NCBI RefSeq assembly: GCF_964194025.1
Contig: NC_134474.1
Coordinates: 20,026,001-20,090,000, forward strand
DNA: 64,000 nt
Direction of reading: 5' to 3'
Source: Convolutriloba macropyga
Taxonomy: Eukaryota
This document shows positions 35,961-47,700 of the stretch, one piece after another. Each line of letters starts with the position of its first letter. Position 1 is the first letter of the stretch. The notes beneath the pieces were generated by a model. That model had not been told where the DNA came from. It searched no databases and saw only the letters and a list, made by a program, of their open reading frames with translations. The position numbers and the translations under genes were made by a program.

Positions 35961-37482
35961 GACCAGACTTTTTTCACTTATCATCCAGTCAGTCTTGGCA
36001 TAGTTTCAAATTCAATAGCACTCTATTTGCTGGGATCAGGCCTTGAAACATTAGATCACCCTAGTAGATTTCTGTGTTTAATCTGTAAAAAAACTTTTTG
36101 AAAAAACTTTTACTGTTATAAACATAAATATTTTTTCATTGTAAAATTTACAGTAAAATACACATCTGAGTCGAATAATTTGCAAGTGGTTTCTTTTCCC
36201 GGCTGTTCTTTTGGCCTTCGACAAAAAACATTAAAGATTATAACAAATAATCAAGACACAATTTTCTCTATTTTTTGTTTTGCATAATTTATGATACTAT
36301 AATCTCTTCACTTCGAAGTTGCGCAACAGTTTGCACCAACTGAACAACACGCAACTTAAGTTTTCAGCGTGATATTTTTGCTTTGTAATTCATTTTCTTG
36401 ACAGTTTCAGAGGTTTAGTAAAGTACAAAAACCATTGTTTTAGCTGAAAATTTTATAATGGGTAAATTCCCGTAAAAGATTGAACGCTTTTCACAGGGAT
36501 GACGGACTTAAGTAGTTTAAAACTCTTTTGTTTTTAGCTGTTGCTCTTTGAATAGGCTCGCTACGTTTCATCATACAACGTTGAGTTTCAAAATTGGAAG
36601 TTAATGAGACAACATCAATGAGGCTGCGTCTAAATTGAAAACGGTGACAGAGCAAAAAAGCTGACTTTTTTCTTGAATACAAATATATTGGCTCGTTTAA
36701 AAGTTCAATTTTCACGTGCTAATGCAATAGAAGAAATTAGATAGCAATACATCGAAAAATGATAACTGTCTGCTTTATTTGGTCTCTTAACTAATTTTTG
36801 CATAAGATTTAAAATTGCTCTTCAACTCTAACGTATTCTTAAAGGTTTCTTTTTGTACAAATGGTTTCCCCGATTGACTGTCTCTTAACAAATTTTGTGG
36901 AAAAAAAGGCATTTATTTGATTTTGACTTTTCAAAAATTCCATTCACAACAGCAAAGAACTGCTAAATAAACCTTTTGGACTTCAACATACTGCCTCTTA
37001 AATCGAAACCTAAAATGAAATGAATTACAGTTCAGGTTAGCAAAAAAATTGTAGAATGATTGAGTATGAGTCTTTTTTTCTTATAACAAATTTTTCAGAT
37101 CATGTTATTCGTTAGTTGGCTAAATGCAATGACTATATGATTTGCAGCAAAACTTGCATCTTATAGCAGCTTTTTTGTGTGAAAAATTTAATCTCTGCTC
37201 AAAGAAAACAATTGCCTCGGTTCTAATCATGCTGCTCGCAATTTCGTTTTTCAATTACATTTTCAACTATTTAGATTAGAGTTTACGCTTTTCCAGTAAA
37301 AGCTGTATGATATTTTAACCTAAATGTGTTCTGGAATTAAACCCGAGCGTCTTACCTGAATAAACAGCCCATATTACTCAACTGCTTTGAAAAATTGTTA
37401 CTTTTTATGATAAGCTCAGTCAATTGTTTTCAAAGTGTTCTGGCAGGGACGTGAAATTGTTTCTTGCCCGGTAGAGGTTTTT

Positions 37483-40345
37483 AAGCAACAATCACCACTT
37501 TGTCCATCAAAGTAGATCAAAATTGACGCAGTTAACGAGAGGTGGTGGAGTAGGGATATGGGTACCAAATACGTTCAAACATAAAATACGGAATGATCTC
37601 AACTCTATTAACAGAAGTTTTTTTGAATCACTATGGCTTGAAATACAAGCACCGTTTAAGGAAAAACTTCTAGTTAACGTTTCTTATTGTTCCAATAAAA
37701 ACTTGGGCGAATTTTTTCTAGAAGAGTTGACATCAGAAATTTCAGGCGCATATTCAATAACTGATAATGTAATACTATTCGGAGACTATAACATCAATTT
37801 TTTCAATCAAAGAGAAAAAGAGTTATTGACAGAATTTGCTTCCAACAATGGGCTTGAGATAGTAAATAAAAATACTCCAACCTGGACAAATGGAAATCAG
37901 GAAACATTAATTGATCACTGTTTAACAACGAAACATCAAATTTTTGATACAACTGTTATCGAGCAATTATTTGGAAGTGATCATTTTACACAAGTTTTCT
38001 TTTCGTCACTGGACATTGATTATGAAAACAACAAAACGCAATTTTTTTACCGGGATACTAGCAAATTTACTAGAGCTAATCTTAACAAAAAAATTGCATC
38101 CGCGGATTGGAGTTTCATGTATCAACAAAACAATGCAAACTCAACTTTTGAAAAATTTTCAATTATGTTTGAAAATTTTCTGAATAGTATAGCTCCCATC
38201 AAAATAGGAGAGCCATCATCAAAATCAAAAAAAAAAGAAATGGTTATCCAGAAAAATTCTGAATCTAATCAACGAAAAGCACAGGCTTTTCAATATTTGG
38301 AAGATAACAGCAGACGTTGACACATATAACTCATACAAAAGAATAAGAAACCATACAAACAGACTACTTAGAAGAGCGAGCCACAATTATTCACAGAAAT
38401 TGTTCGAAAGTCTTCCCGATTCAAAACAACAGTGGAAATTCATTAAAACAAAAATAAAACACGAGGATAAAAACGGCGAAATTTCTAGAATTCGGTTCAA
38501 CCAAGATATCTTAAAAGACAAAAAAGAAATCGCTGACACAATTAATATTTGTTTTTCTAAATTAGGTTTATACGAAGGCGAGACAGAAAAGATTGAGCTA
38601 CCGGACTTTGCTTTTGACAAAACTGAGTTTTCCTTCAGACATATAACGAGAAAAGAACTGTTTACTGTAATTGATCAATTACCACAAAACAAAGCAGCGG
38701 GTCCTGGATTACTCACTACATGGTCCTTCAAGTGTAGCAAAATGTCTATTGGAACACATCTACAGTTTGCAATAAACGAATGTATTTCAAAAAACATTTT
38801 TCCTGACATACTTAAAAAAGCATATGTAACTCCAATTTACAAAAAAGGGGATCCACTGGAAGCAGGAAACTACAGGCCAATTTCAGTTACACCGACTCTT
38901 GCGAAGATTTTTGAAAGACTTTTGCTCCAACAAATGTTAGAACATGTTGAAAAGTATGAAATAATCAATAAAAATCAGTTTGGGTTTCTGAAAAGAAAAT
39001 CTTCGAATGACACAGTAATATCGTTGACAGAATCAGTGAATAGTTTGTTAGAAGAAAACGAAACCGTCGTTAGTATATTCTTGGATTTAGCCAAAGCTTT
39101 TAACTCAATATCTCACAAAATTTTTCTCAAAAAAATTACTAAATATGGATTTAGTACGGAATCAATTGCAATGCTAGAATCGTTTTTGTCTAACAGAAAA
39201 CAATGCGTAAAGAACGGCATAGAATATTCGAACTGGGTGACAATAAATCACGGAGTACCTCAGGGAACAGTTCTCGGACCTTTAATTTTTTTAATATATA
39301 TCAACGACTTCCCTGAAAAAATGAAAAAAAGAGAGGACGTTTTACAGTTTGCAGATGACACATGCATTATTTGTCATTCCAAATCCGATGAAAATCTCTT
39401 ATGCGAAATTAACAGTGTATTTGAAAGTACTGACAGTTATATGAGGCAAAATATGCTAACTTTAAACAGAGATAAAACAGAAATTGTGGTTTTTTCAAAA
39501 AATGGTGAATCAAAAATTGAACAATTTCATTATAATGGAATTTTCATAGAGCCAAAAACAAGTTGTCGTTATCTAGGTATAATGATTGATAACAATCTAA
39601 ATTTTGACATTCAGCTGAACAAAACATTAACAAAAATGGCAAATGCTATTAGGTCAATTTACTTAGTAAGACATTTTCTACCACTAAAAGCAAGAATCGT
39701 TCTTTTTAAATCACTTGTTTTGTCCCATCTCAATTTCAGTGCAATTTTTTTTCAATCGTTGTCGGTTATGTCACTTCAAAGAGTTAATAAACAAATAAAT
39801 TGAGGAATAAAGGTTTGCCACCTGCGCAAAAAGTTTGACAGTGCAAGAGATCTATTACTGAAAGACAAAATTTTACCAGCAGAGCTTTTCATTAAAAAAG
39901 TTTGTCTTCTTAAATTTTTTGATTTCCTCTCACAATATGAACAGAGTAGTCGAGAAACCAAAAACTCCTCTTTCAGGATTCTTGAAAAGTACGAATTGAA
40001 CAAAAACTGCAGAACTGTCCAGTTTTTTCCAAAGAATAAGTGCCAATCCAAATGGAGTGACAGGTCACTGATCAGAAATTTTTCTAGGAAATGGAATAAT
40101 TTGCCAATTGAAATCCGAAAAGAGAAAACTAAAAACAAATTTAAGGAAAAACTAAGCAGCGAAATGGTCAAACTGCATGAACGTGTTCCAATAGATAGAC
40201 AAGTAAGAGGCTTTAGGAAATTTTTCTACTGAAGTATAAAGACCAAACTATTCATATATTTACGAGGTGATTTTGAAAATGTAAATATTTAACCAAACGT
40301 TCCTGTTGTGGTTATAACTTTAAATTTACATTTTTGAAGATAAAA
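37483..40345 (+). mobile_element. Nearly intact, 5'-truncated LINE ORF2 (APE endonuclease + RT; L2/CR1-like)
   Basis: APE motifs RGGGVGIW, GDYN, PTW, IDH and SDH (37523-38000). RT motifs NYRPIS, QFGF, LDLAKAF, GVPQGTVLGP, FADDT and YLG (38400-39803). There is one frameshift in the A-run at 38227-38236 and one in-frame TGA at 39801-39803. The frame continues to the stop at 40232. Confidence 0.95.
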
Positions 40346-41976
40346 AAAATATGGAGGCTCGATAAAATGCTTTTGCATATAATGAAACGACGCCGCATAT
40401 CAACATTCTGGTTTTAATTATCTACCAATAGAGGCAGTGAGGGGAAGTTTCAAAATACTGCAACGCTTTGTAGAAGCGTATACCAGAAGAGGTTAATATT
40501 TGTGGGATTTTTTAAATTCTAATGGGCAAAAAATAAGACTTATGTTTTGTTTTTTTTAAAAAAAAAAGAAATCAGATCAATAAAATTGCTTGAGCATAAA
40601 AACAACATTGTTAATAATTAAGTTTTTAATGTTGCTAAGTAATAAATAATGGCAAAAAGACACAAGCACAAAATGAATCCCATTTTTATCCGAAATTCCA
40701 AATACTGAGGTCTTGCGAGTAACAATCCCGTATTAATATATCCAGCTTCATTGACTTCCATTTAAGTTAATTTAAATTTTATATTCGGAGTTTGCATTCA
40801 ATCAGTGAGTGCAGAAGTCATCTTACGGACAACGAACTTACCACACTGACTGACAAGATTCATTAATATTTATGAAAAAAAACATTTCACTGAAATCACT
40901 ACACTCATTTTCTATCTACTGAAGACATAAGTCCATATGTTTTCTCAAAAAGTTAACAAGATTTTTCAGTAATGAAACTGATCGATAATACTACAAAATA
41001 ACAACAACTAAAAACTAAAAGCCACACATTAAGTTACACAAAATTTACGAAAAAAGTCATGGCCCATAAGCCAATAAAAACACGAAATTTTCAAAGGCTT
41101 CCATTAACTCCAAGCTTTGGAATTATTTTATACAAGCACAGTGTCAACTCATCAAAAGATAGACAATTAATTTAAAACATTCTATTGGGTCTCAAATGTC
41201 TCATCACATCGACAACGCAACTTGTCATAAATAAAACTAAAATAAATGGGATGAATATGTGGAAAACATACAGTCCGAACAAAAAAAAATCAAAAATATT
41301 TTTTGAAAACACATCGTGTCAAAGTCACAGAATCCATTAGCTGACCCTCAATCGATTCAAACAAAGGCATCTATGAACCATTAGATTACTCTATGAGCAT
41401 CTGTAGTATTCGCCAGAAAAACTATTGACAGGAAATAGACAAGAGCAGTAGACAAAATGCAGTCAATGAAAAAATCACTGTTAAACCAAAATTGTTTTGC
41501 AAACTCAATTCCTTAGCTCACTTAAAAAGTAATTTCAGAAAAAAATCACTCTTCAAAAAAAACTTAGTACTTCGCTATTGTACCAAACCGCCGTGATTTA
41601 AATTTAAAATCATAATCAAATTTAAATCATAAAATCAAAAAAGTGAGAGTAGGTCTCAGGATTGAGAGTAGAGCTTTGCGCGCTGCCTTACACGCAAGGA
41701 GGAACATTTGTACATATAACAATTGGAAACATTTGTCCCAAATTAAAATTGACCCCTCGGGAGGTTAACGCGATCAGACGTGATGACATGGAAGTTCTCT
41801 TTTCGGGTTGTGTGGAACTCCCACTTGGCAAAAAGGGTTCAAAATTGTGGGCACGTTTACTATAAACCGGCCTGCGGCAACTGTAGCCCTGATGGTGTTT
41901 TATAGAAGTCAAATTGATTTATTATACTTCAGTTGTCTTATTATCACGAATTATGTTAAGAACGAATTAGTGGCCC

Positions 41977-42451
41977 CCCGGGACGAGGATTTCCCCAAAA
42001 ATAACGGGGAATAGAGTGTAAAGAGTGTATAAATAAAAAAATTGCACCCTTATTTCTGCGCTTAATTAAGGGTGCAATAGTGTAATTATATGAGTGTAAG
42101 TTTAAAAAATAAAGGTGAAAGGAGGTAATGAGGATTGACCCCCCATCTTCCCCCTTTCGAACGTGTTACTTCAATTGTCTGCATTAACCATTGCACCAAC
42201 TCACATTAGGATCAGATGTGTCAATTTGGTTATATTGGTAATTGTGTAAGAGTGTAATTTTTAAACAGTTCACCCTAAATTACACTCTTTGCAAAGAGTG
42301 TAAAAAGAGTTGAGAAAAGAGTGTAAATGCAGTGTAATTTTTTAAAAATTACACTCCTGCCCTCTTCTCCCCTATAAATTGGAGTGTAATACGCATTACA
42401 CCCTAATCCCCGCTAATTAGGGGTGGATTAGGGGTGAAACCTCGGCCCGCG
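41977..42451. mobile_element. CACTA/EnSpm-like MITE with GAGTGTAA subterminal repeats
   Basis: The termini CCCGGGACGAGGATTTC and GAAACCTCGGCCCGCG form an imperfect TIR related to that of 32482-33053. There are many GAGTGTAA/TTACACTC motifs in both orientations. Confidence 0.7.
42131..42204 (-). pseudogene. tRNA-like / SINE-head-like segment inside the MITE
   Basis: The minus strand GTGAGTTGGTGCAATGGTTAATGCAG...GGGGGTCAATCCT has an A-box (TGGTGCAATGG) and a degenerate B-box (GGGTCAATCC) at tRNA-like spacing. There is no clean cloverleaf. Confidence 0.45.
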
Positions 42452-43735
42452 CACAACGATGTGGGAACAAAAATGACAGCGGCCAATACCATCCAAACCC
42501 TATGGATAGCAGCCAACCAGTGAGACCATGAAGTGACTCAATTTTGCTTTCTAACTGCTAAAAAACTTTACTATTTCCAAATAGAAATATTTTGTTCATA
42601 AGATCTAAAATTGAAACAAAATGATGCCAAAAGAAACAAAAAATTTCTTGAAGAACTTTTAAATAAGTTCCAAATAGTTTTGCTGCTAGATAGTTGAGGT
42701 CAACTAGCCATAGTTTTACTCTATGAAGACTTTGAGAGCAGATTTTAGGAGAGTTGTCTTAAGAAGTATCAACAGATTTAGCTAGAATGACTGATTTAAT
42801 GACAGTTTTTATGGAAATAATTTTTTTAAAACAAAGTGCATAGAAATGAAATTATATCCCAAAAAAAGTTCTGCTACCCTTAGATAAATTCAAAAAATGA
42901 ATGGAAAAACACCCTTAAGCACATTTTATCTTGTACAAATTTTGCAGAAAAAATAAGCAAAATGTTGAAAATCACGCGATGCTCACAAAAAACAAAATAT
43001 CAATAACTTGTCGATAATGACAAAATTAAAAAAAATGAATTAAGGATCTCTTCTACGCCTGACGGGTTCTCTGATGATACCACTCGCAACTCCAATCATA
43101 ATTATAACGATCGGCCCAAACTGACAAAAAAGAAAACCCTGGTTAGCATATAGTTCCTCTCCCCTTTCTGCGAGAGGAACTAAAAAGAACACCCTGGTTA
43201 GCATATAGTTCCTCTCCCCTTTCTGCGAGAGGAACGAGAGGTAAAAATTTAACGAATTTTAGAAGCCAACTTTGAGTACAAAATGTGCAGCCTTAGCGTT
43301 CTTCAAAAAATGATCCGAAAAAATGTATTTTCCTCGGGACGTTAACCCTCTGGACTAGTTTATGACGAAATTATATACACCGAAAAAAAAGAATTGAAAG
43401 AAACGATGTAAAATTCTCACAATTGATAAGACCTCGAGAGTTGTGTTCAGATCCATCACCGATAAAAAATATTACACGGTTGGCTACCAATATTCACGGG
43501 TTAAAATTTCAAAATGTCAGCTCATTCTTCATTTTAGCAATGAACTTTTACTGTCAGAAAAAAATAATTGAATATCTCTAATGATATGGAAATTCTTTGA
43601 TATCATTAGTTTACTGCAATCGAGAGAGCTGTTACATAAACAGTTGAAAGCTTCGGCCGATCATACTATAAATAACTCACCAACGGCCTGAAAGGAGGTT
43701 TTTCGCCGCCCATGTTTCAATTATTTTTGACTTCA

Positions 43736-44040
43736 ATGTGAATTTCTTTCATGTGAGCGCCATGGTGTCGGAGAAGGGATTTCAAAAGATGTCAAGAGCC
43801 ACTTATTTGAAGCAATTACAACTTGAGAGATAATCAAAATGTTAATGAGCGAAGAAGAGAAGACAAAAAGCAGATGTCATTAAATTTCAATATTTAACTG
43901 CATCTGCTTTTTTGTCTTTTCTTCATCACTCATTAACTTTTTGATGTTGTTTCAAGTTATAATTTTTTCAGCCAATTGACTGTTGACATCATTCGGAATG
44001 ATATTGCTCGAAGCACTCTAATTATGATGAAATTATACAT
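43736..44040. repeat. Long imperfect palindrome (foldback element/MITE), centre about 43888
   Basis: ttaatgagcgaagaagagaagacaaaaagcagatg pairs with catctgcttttttgtcttttcttcatcactcattaa. Pairing continues outward through caacttga/tcaagtta and gatgtcaa/ttgacatc. Confidence 0.8.
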
Positions 44041-45649
44041 ATTTAGAATTGCTCATTTTGGAATCGAACTGCAATAGGTCAAATCCATTTTACTTTTGTG
44101 AGCTGTTGCTATAGCTTCAAAACAAATTTGAGATCAATGTATTGATATTTTCAGATACAACAATTGCTCTGATTTCATGAGACATATGAGATCAATTTAA
44201 AGAATGATTTCAGTCGGTTTGAGTATGTTTTCCACGAAGAGGAAAATTAAGTTTTTCTTACGATGGTACTAAATCAATTTATGACACTGAGTTTCATAGA
44301 TACCAAAATGCTGACAGCACAAATACTGCTGCCACCAAGACAAATCATTGTTTCTTCAGCGTGTAAAGGCCACCAAATATAATATGAACATGTCACTAAC
44401 GCGACATAACAAATCTACGCTGAATTCAAGTATGGCAATTTCTTAATGGAGGGTGAAGTTTGCTTGCTTTATCTTTTCTTTGAACAAATTGTAAAACGAT
44501 TCAAACTATTATTTAGACATTTTCGAGATTAATTGCGGAAACTTTTGCAATGGAGCTCGAAATTCTGTTGAAACTATGTTAAATTTCAGTTTTTTCTAGG
44601 ATACTTTCTGGATGTTACGGAAAGCTATTTTTTTTATCATGATAAGAAAACAATACCAAATGCCACATTGAAATTTTTTACATAGATGAAAATCATGATT
44701 TCCAAAAGTTGTTCAGAATGCTTAAAAACAATTACAAAAAATCAAACTAAGATAGCAACCCATACCGAGCTCCAATTCTAAATCAGTACTAGGCAAGTCT
44801 AAATGCAAGTCTTATTTCAATTTTCAGTAGTGGGCAAGTTCAACTAAAGTCTTTCAAATCTTGACCAAGAGTTCGGTAGCACTTGCACTATGATTTCCAA
44901 TTTAAACTTTCCGAAAAATGTCGAGAGATAATTTTGAGGTTCGAACAATTTCGTAACGTCAGTGGAGTTCGGAGTAAATTTTTGGCCACTTTCTCCTGGT
45001 ACTTGTAAAATACCCCAAATCATCCCGGGGTCACTAGAGGTCACATTAATGGCTTTTCGGCTGGTTCACCGCCACTTTCACCAGTTTTCAGCCAAATTAC
45101 AGATATAAAATGGCCGAAATCACCAAGTTTTTTGAGATTTGAGATTTGCCAAATGTCCAACTTTGCAAAGAGGGGAAAATTATTGTGAAAAACTTTGGAA
45201 CAGTTAAGGTGTCCATGCTCTCCCGAGGCACATCTAGCCAGATTTTCCAGAAAATTGACCATCAGTCCATTTGGGACCAGAACCCAGAAAAGCCCGAATC
45301 AAGCCGAAATAGGCAAGATGCGAAATTGGCTCTGCCCAACGGATTAATGTGTGCAATAGCCTCTAATATCTCCTTTAGTTACGATGCACGGTTGTCATCA
45401 TTCAGACGTGAAGTAACGAAAGAGCAATAGGTACACCAGGGAGAGCTTGATCGGCCCATGCTGTGCCCACTAGACATTTCGTTAACCACATGTCCGAGAA
45501 ATGTGTACTATAAATGCTTACTAAAAGAATATAATTACTTAAAAGCTTATTTAATAACGGTTAAAATTCACGACTGCTGAAAATTTTGAACGCTCCCATG
45601 AAAACTTACAGTCTTCCTGAAACTCCATAAATAATACATGAAGCTCTAT

Positions 45650-46092
45650 TGCAAATAAATGTTATCGAGATTAGTTTTGCTTGAACTTTCGTAATCGATA
45701 GAACAATGTCCAATTGTTGACTGGGAATCTGCATAAAAAAAAGTATTTTCTTACGATGAAAATAAATGTTAACAAAATTTGTTTTGCTAGCCATTTCGTA
45801 AATGATAGAAGAATGCTCAATTAATAATTGGGCAATTGCGTTATAAAAAAGTATTTGTTTCTTACGAAACAATAAATATTATCAAGATTTGTTTTTACTT
45901 GCAGTTCCCTAAACGATAGATCAATGTTTAATTGTTGTTTGGTCATTTGCATTACAAAATATTTCTTTCTTACGAAAAAAATTTGTCAAGATTTGTTTTG
46001 CTTTTACTTCTGTAAATGATAAAAAAGATAAAAAATTTTCAATTGCTGATTGGGCATTTGCATTATAAAAAGTATTTGTTTCTTACGAAAAA
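45650..46092 (+). repeat. Degenerate tandem repeat, four units of about 110 bp
   Basis: The anchor ttcttacg recurs near 45748, 45859, 45968 and 46080, with collinear motifs (agatttgttttgct, gtaaatgata, caattg, gcatt). Confidence 0.85.
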
Positions 46093-47069
46093 CATTCTCA
46101 CTGAATGTATGTCGCCCAAAAATTTTTTCAGCTTTGTAACCACCGAAATGATAAGACCTTTAAACGCACGATTTTTATCAAAAAAACACGTACCAATTTA
46201 ATAAGGTTATTCTCGGAGAGATATTGCTCTCATTTTGTAAACTAACATCTACTTTTCCATGACTTACGAATATGCACTTAGTGACATAATTGTATAATCT
46301 CTTTTGTCTCAAGCAATTCATAGAAGCATCAATGTCGTCGACGGTTTTGTTCGCAAATATGGTTATCTACATATTCGTTAGATCTACCGACAGACAGCAT
46401 CATGCTGTTGTATTTGAGATTATGGCGAAATATTTTATGTACAATAGAATTGAGAAAGGCCATAAAATTGATACATACGGAACCATCCGTAATGATTTCT
46501 CCTTTATTCTCAATATATTGAAAATTATTTATAATATAATTCCCAATTAGTTTATGAAGCAGTCGTTTAAAACCATAGCAATCTATTTTAAGAAATAGGA
46601 TTGTGTAATTCTTTAATCGATTGCGCGGAAGGCCTTTTGGAGATCTAAACAACAAAATTTAATCTGCTTTTTTTGGAGTCGATGCATTCAGCCAATGCGT
46701 GCACACAAGATTTTCCTATCTGAAAAACGAACTGTTTTCATGCAAAGATCTTCTTTTGGAAAAAACAGTATTTCAAATCAAACTGCACATTCAGTTGAAT
46801 AGGATATTTTTGGCATCTAATAGGAGCTAACAAACCAATTCAACTGTAGTGTCCTAGCTGTTCAGGATCTATGGATTTATAGTGGGTTAGAACTTAAGCA
46901 ATCTTGAGAGCCTGACTAGTTTAGCACAAAGAGTTTTTAACTTCAGCTATACATTTCACTTGAAATTACTGTCCAGAAGAACAGAAACTTTTTTGGGTTA
47001 CTGAGGTTTTGGATTAAATGGTTCCCTACTGTAGCGACGATCCAAATTAGGAGCAATGGTCCCAAAATC

Positions 47070-47700
47070 TATTAAATACGTTTTTTGAGTGTTCGTTTTG
47101 TTTGTTGTTTTTTTGTGAAAGTGTTTTGACTGTTTGAGTATTCCAAAAGTTTTTTTAGACTATCAGAAAAGCTGGCTTTGTAATCGTACTTTCTTTTTAA
47201 TTCCGTAATGTTTATAGGCCAGTTTTCTACATTCGATGCGATGTTTTGATGTTTTGAAAAAAAGAAAGTGTTCGTTGTTATACTTAGTTTTTCGTTGCAT
47301 TTATCAATGTGCCAGAGAATTATTGTGATCGGAAGGAATCGGTCTATAGACATGAGATTATGGCTCGAGGTAAGTTCCAAGTCTTGATAAATGCTCTCCC
47401 ATTCGCCTTAACTAATCAAACAATTTAAGACCACAAAGAGGAACTTATGAGTAGTTTCAACATTTTTCCAACCTATTATCATTTTTTTTGTTTGTACTAT
47501 TAATTGGTGCGCAACTGGTTTTGATGGAAACTAGTCAATGATTGCTGGTATCTGCTTAAACAGTTTATGTTTTCAGATAACCACTCACTTTAAATGATCA
47601 AGGGAAGTCGTTACATATTTTTGAGATTCTTATAATTTAAACGTTCTGATGTTTAAAGCCATCGGATTGCGGTAATTTTCTTTTTTAAAGACTTTTTTAT
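47070..47700 (-). mobile_element. Very decayed LINE APE-endonuclease fragment
   Basis: The minus strand shows ALNIRT (about 47640-47660, like APE LNIRS), SEWL (about 47577-47590) and a degenerate S.ID motif (about 47340-47356) in the expected order. Confidence 0.35.

Larger units (their letters stand above)
40350..43235 (-). mobile_element. Helentron-associated non-autonomous element (HINE/DINE-1-like), copy 3, with nested MITE and duplicated 5' terminus
   Basis: The reverse complement of 43040-43186 aligns with 6755-6880. The terminal inverted pair is AGTTCCTCTC...GAGAGGAACT. Bases 40350-40430 (ggaggctcgataaaatgcttttgcatataatg) match the family 3' end. The terminus is tandemly duplicated with a 55-bp period (43136/43191). 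Confidence 0.6.

Noticed and set aside
42131-42204. Functional tRNA gene
   Set aside because: There is no proper acceptor or anticodon stem, the B-box is degenerate and the segment lies inside a MITE. It is kept only as a tRNA-like relic.
44828-45472. hAT-like element with 9-bp TIR TAGTGGGCA...TGCCCACTA
   Set aside because: The TIR is short, there is no 8-bp TSD and there is no second copy in the window, so it cannot be supported.
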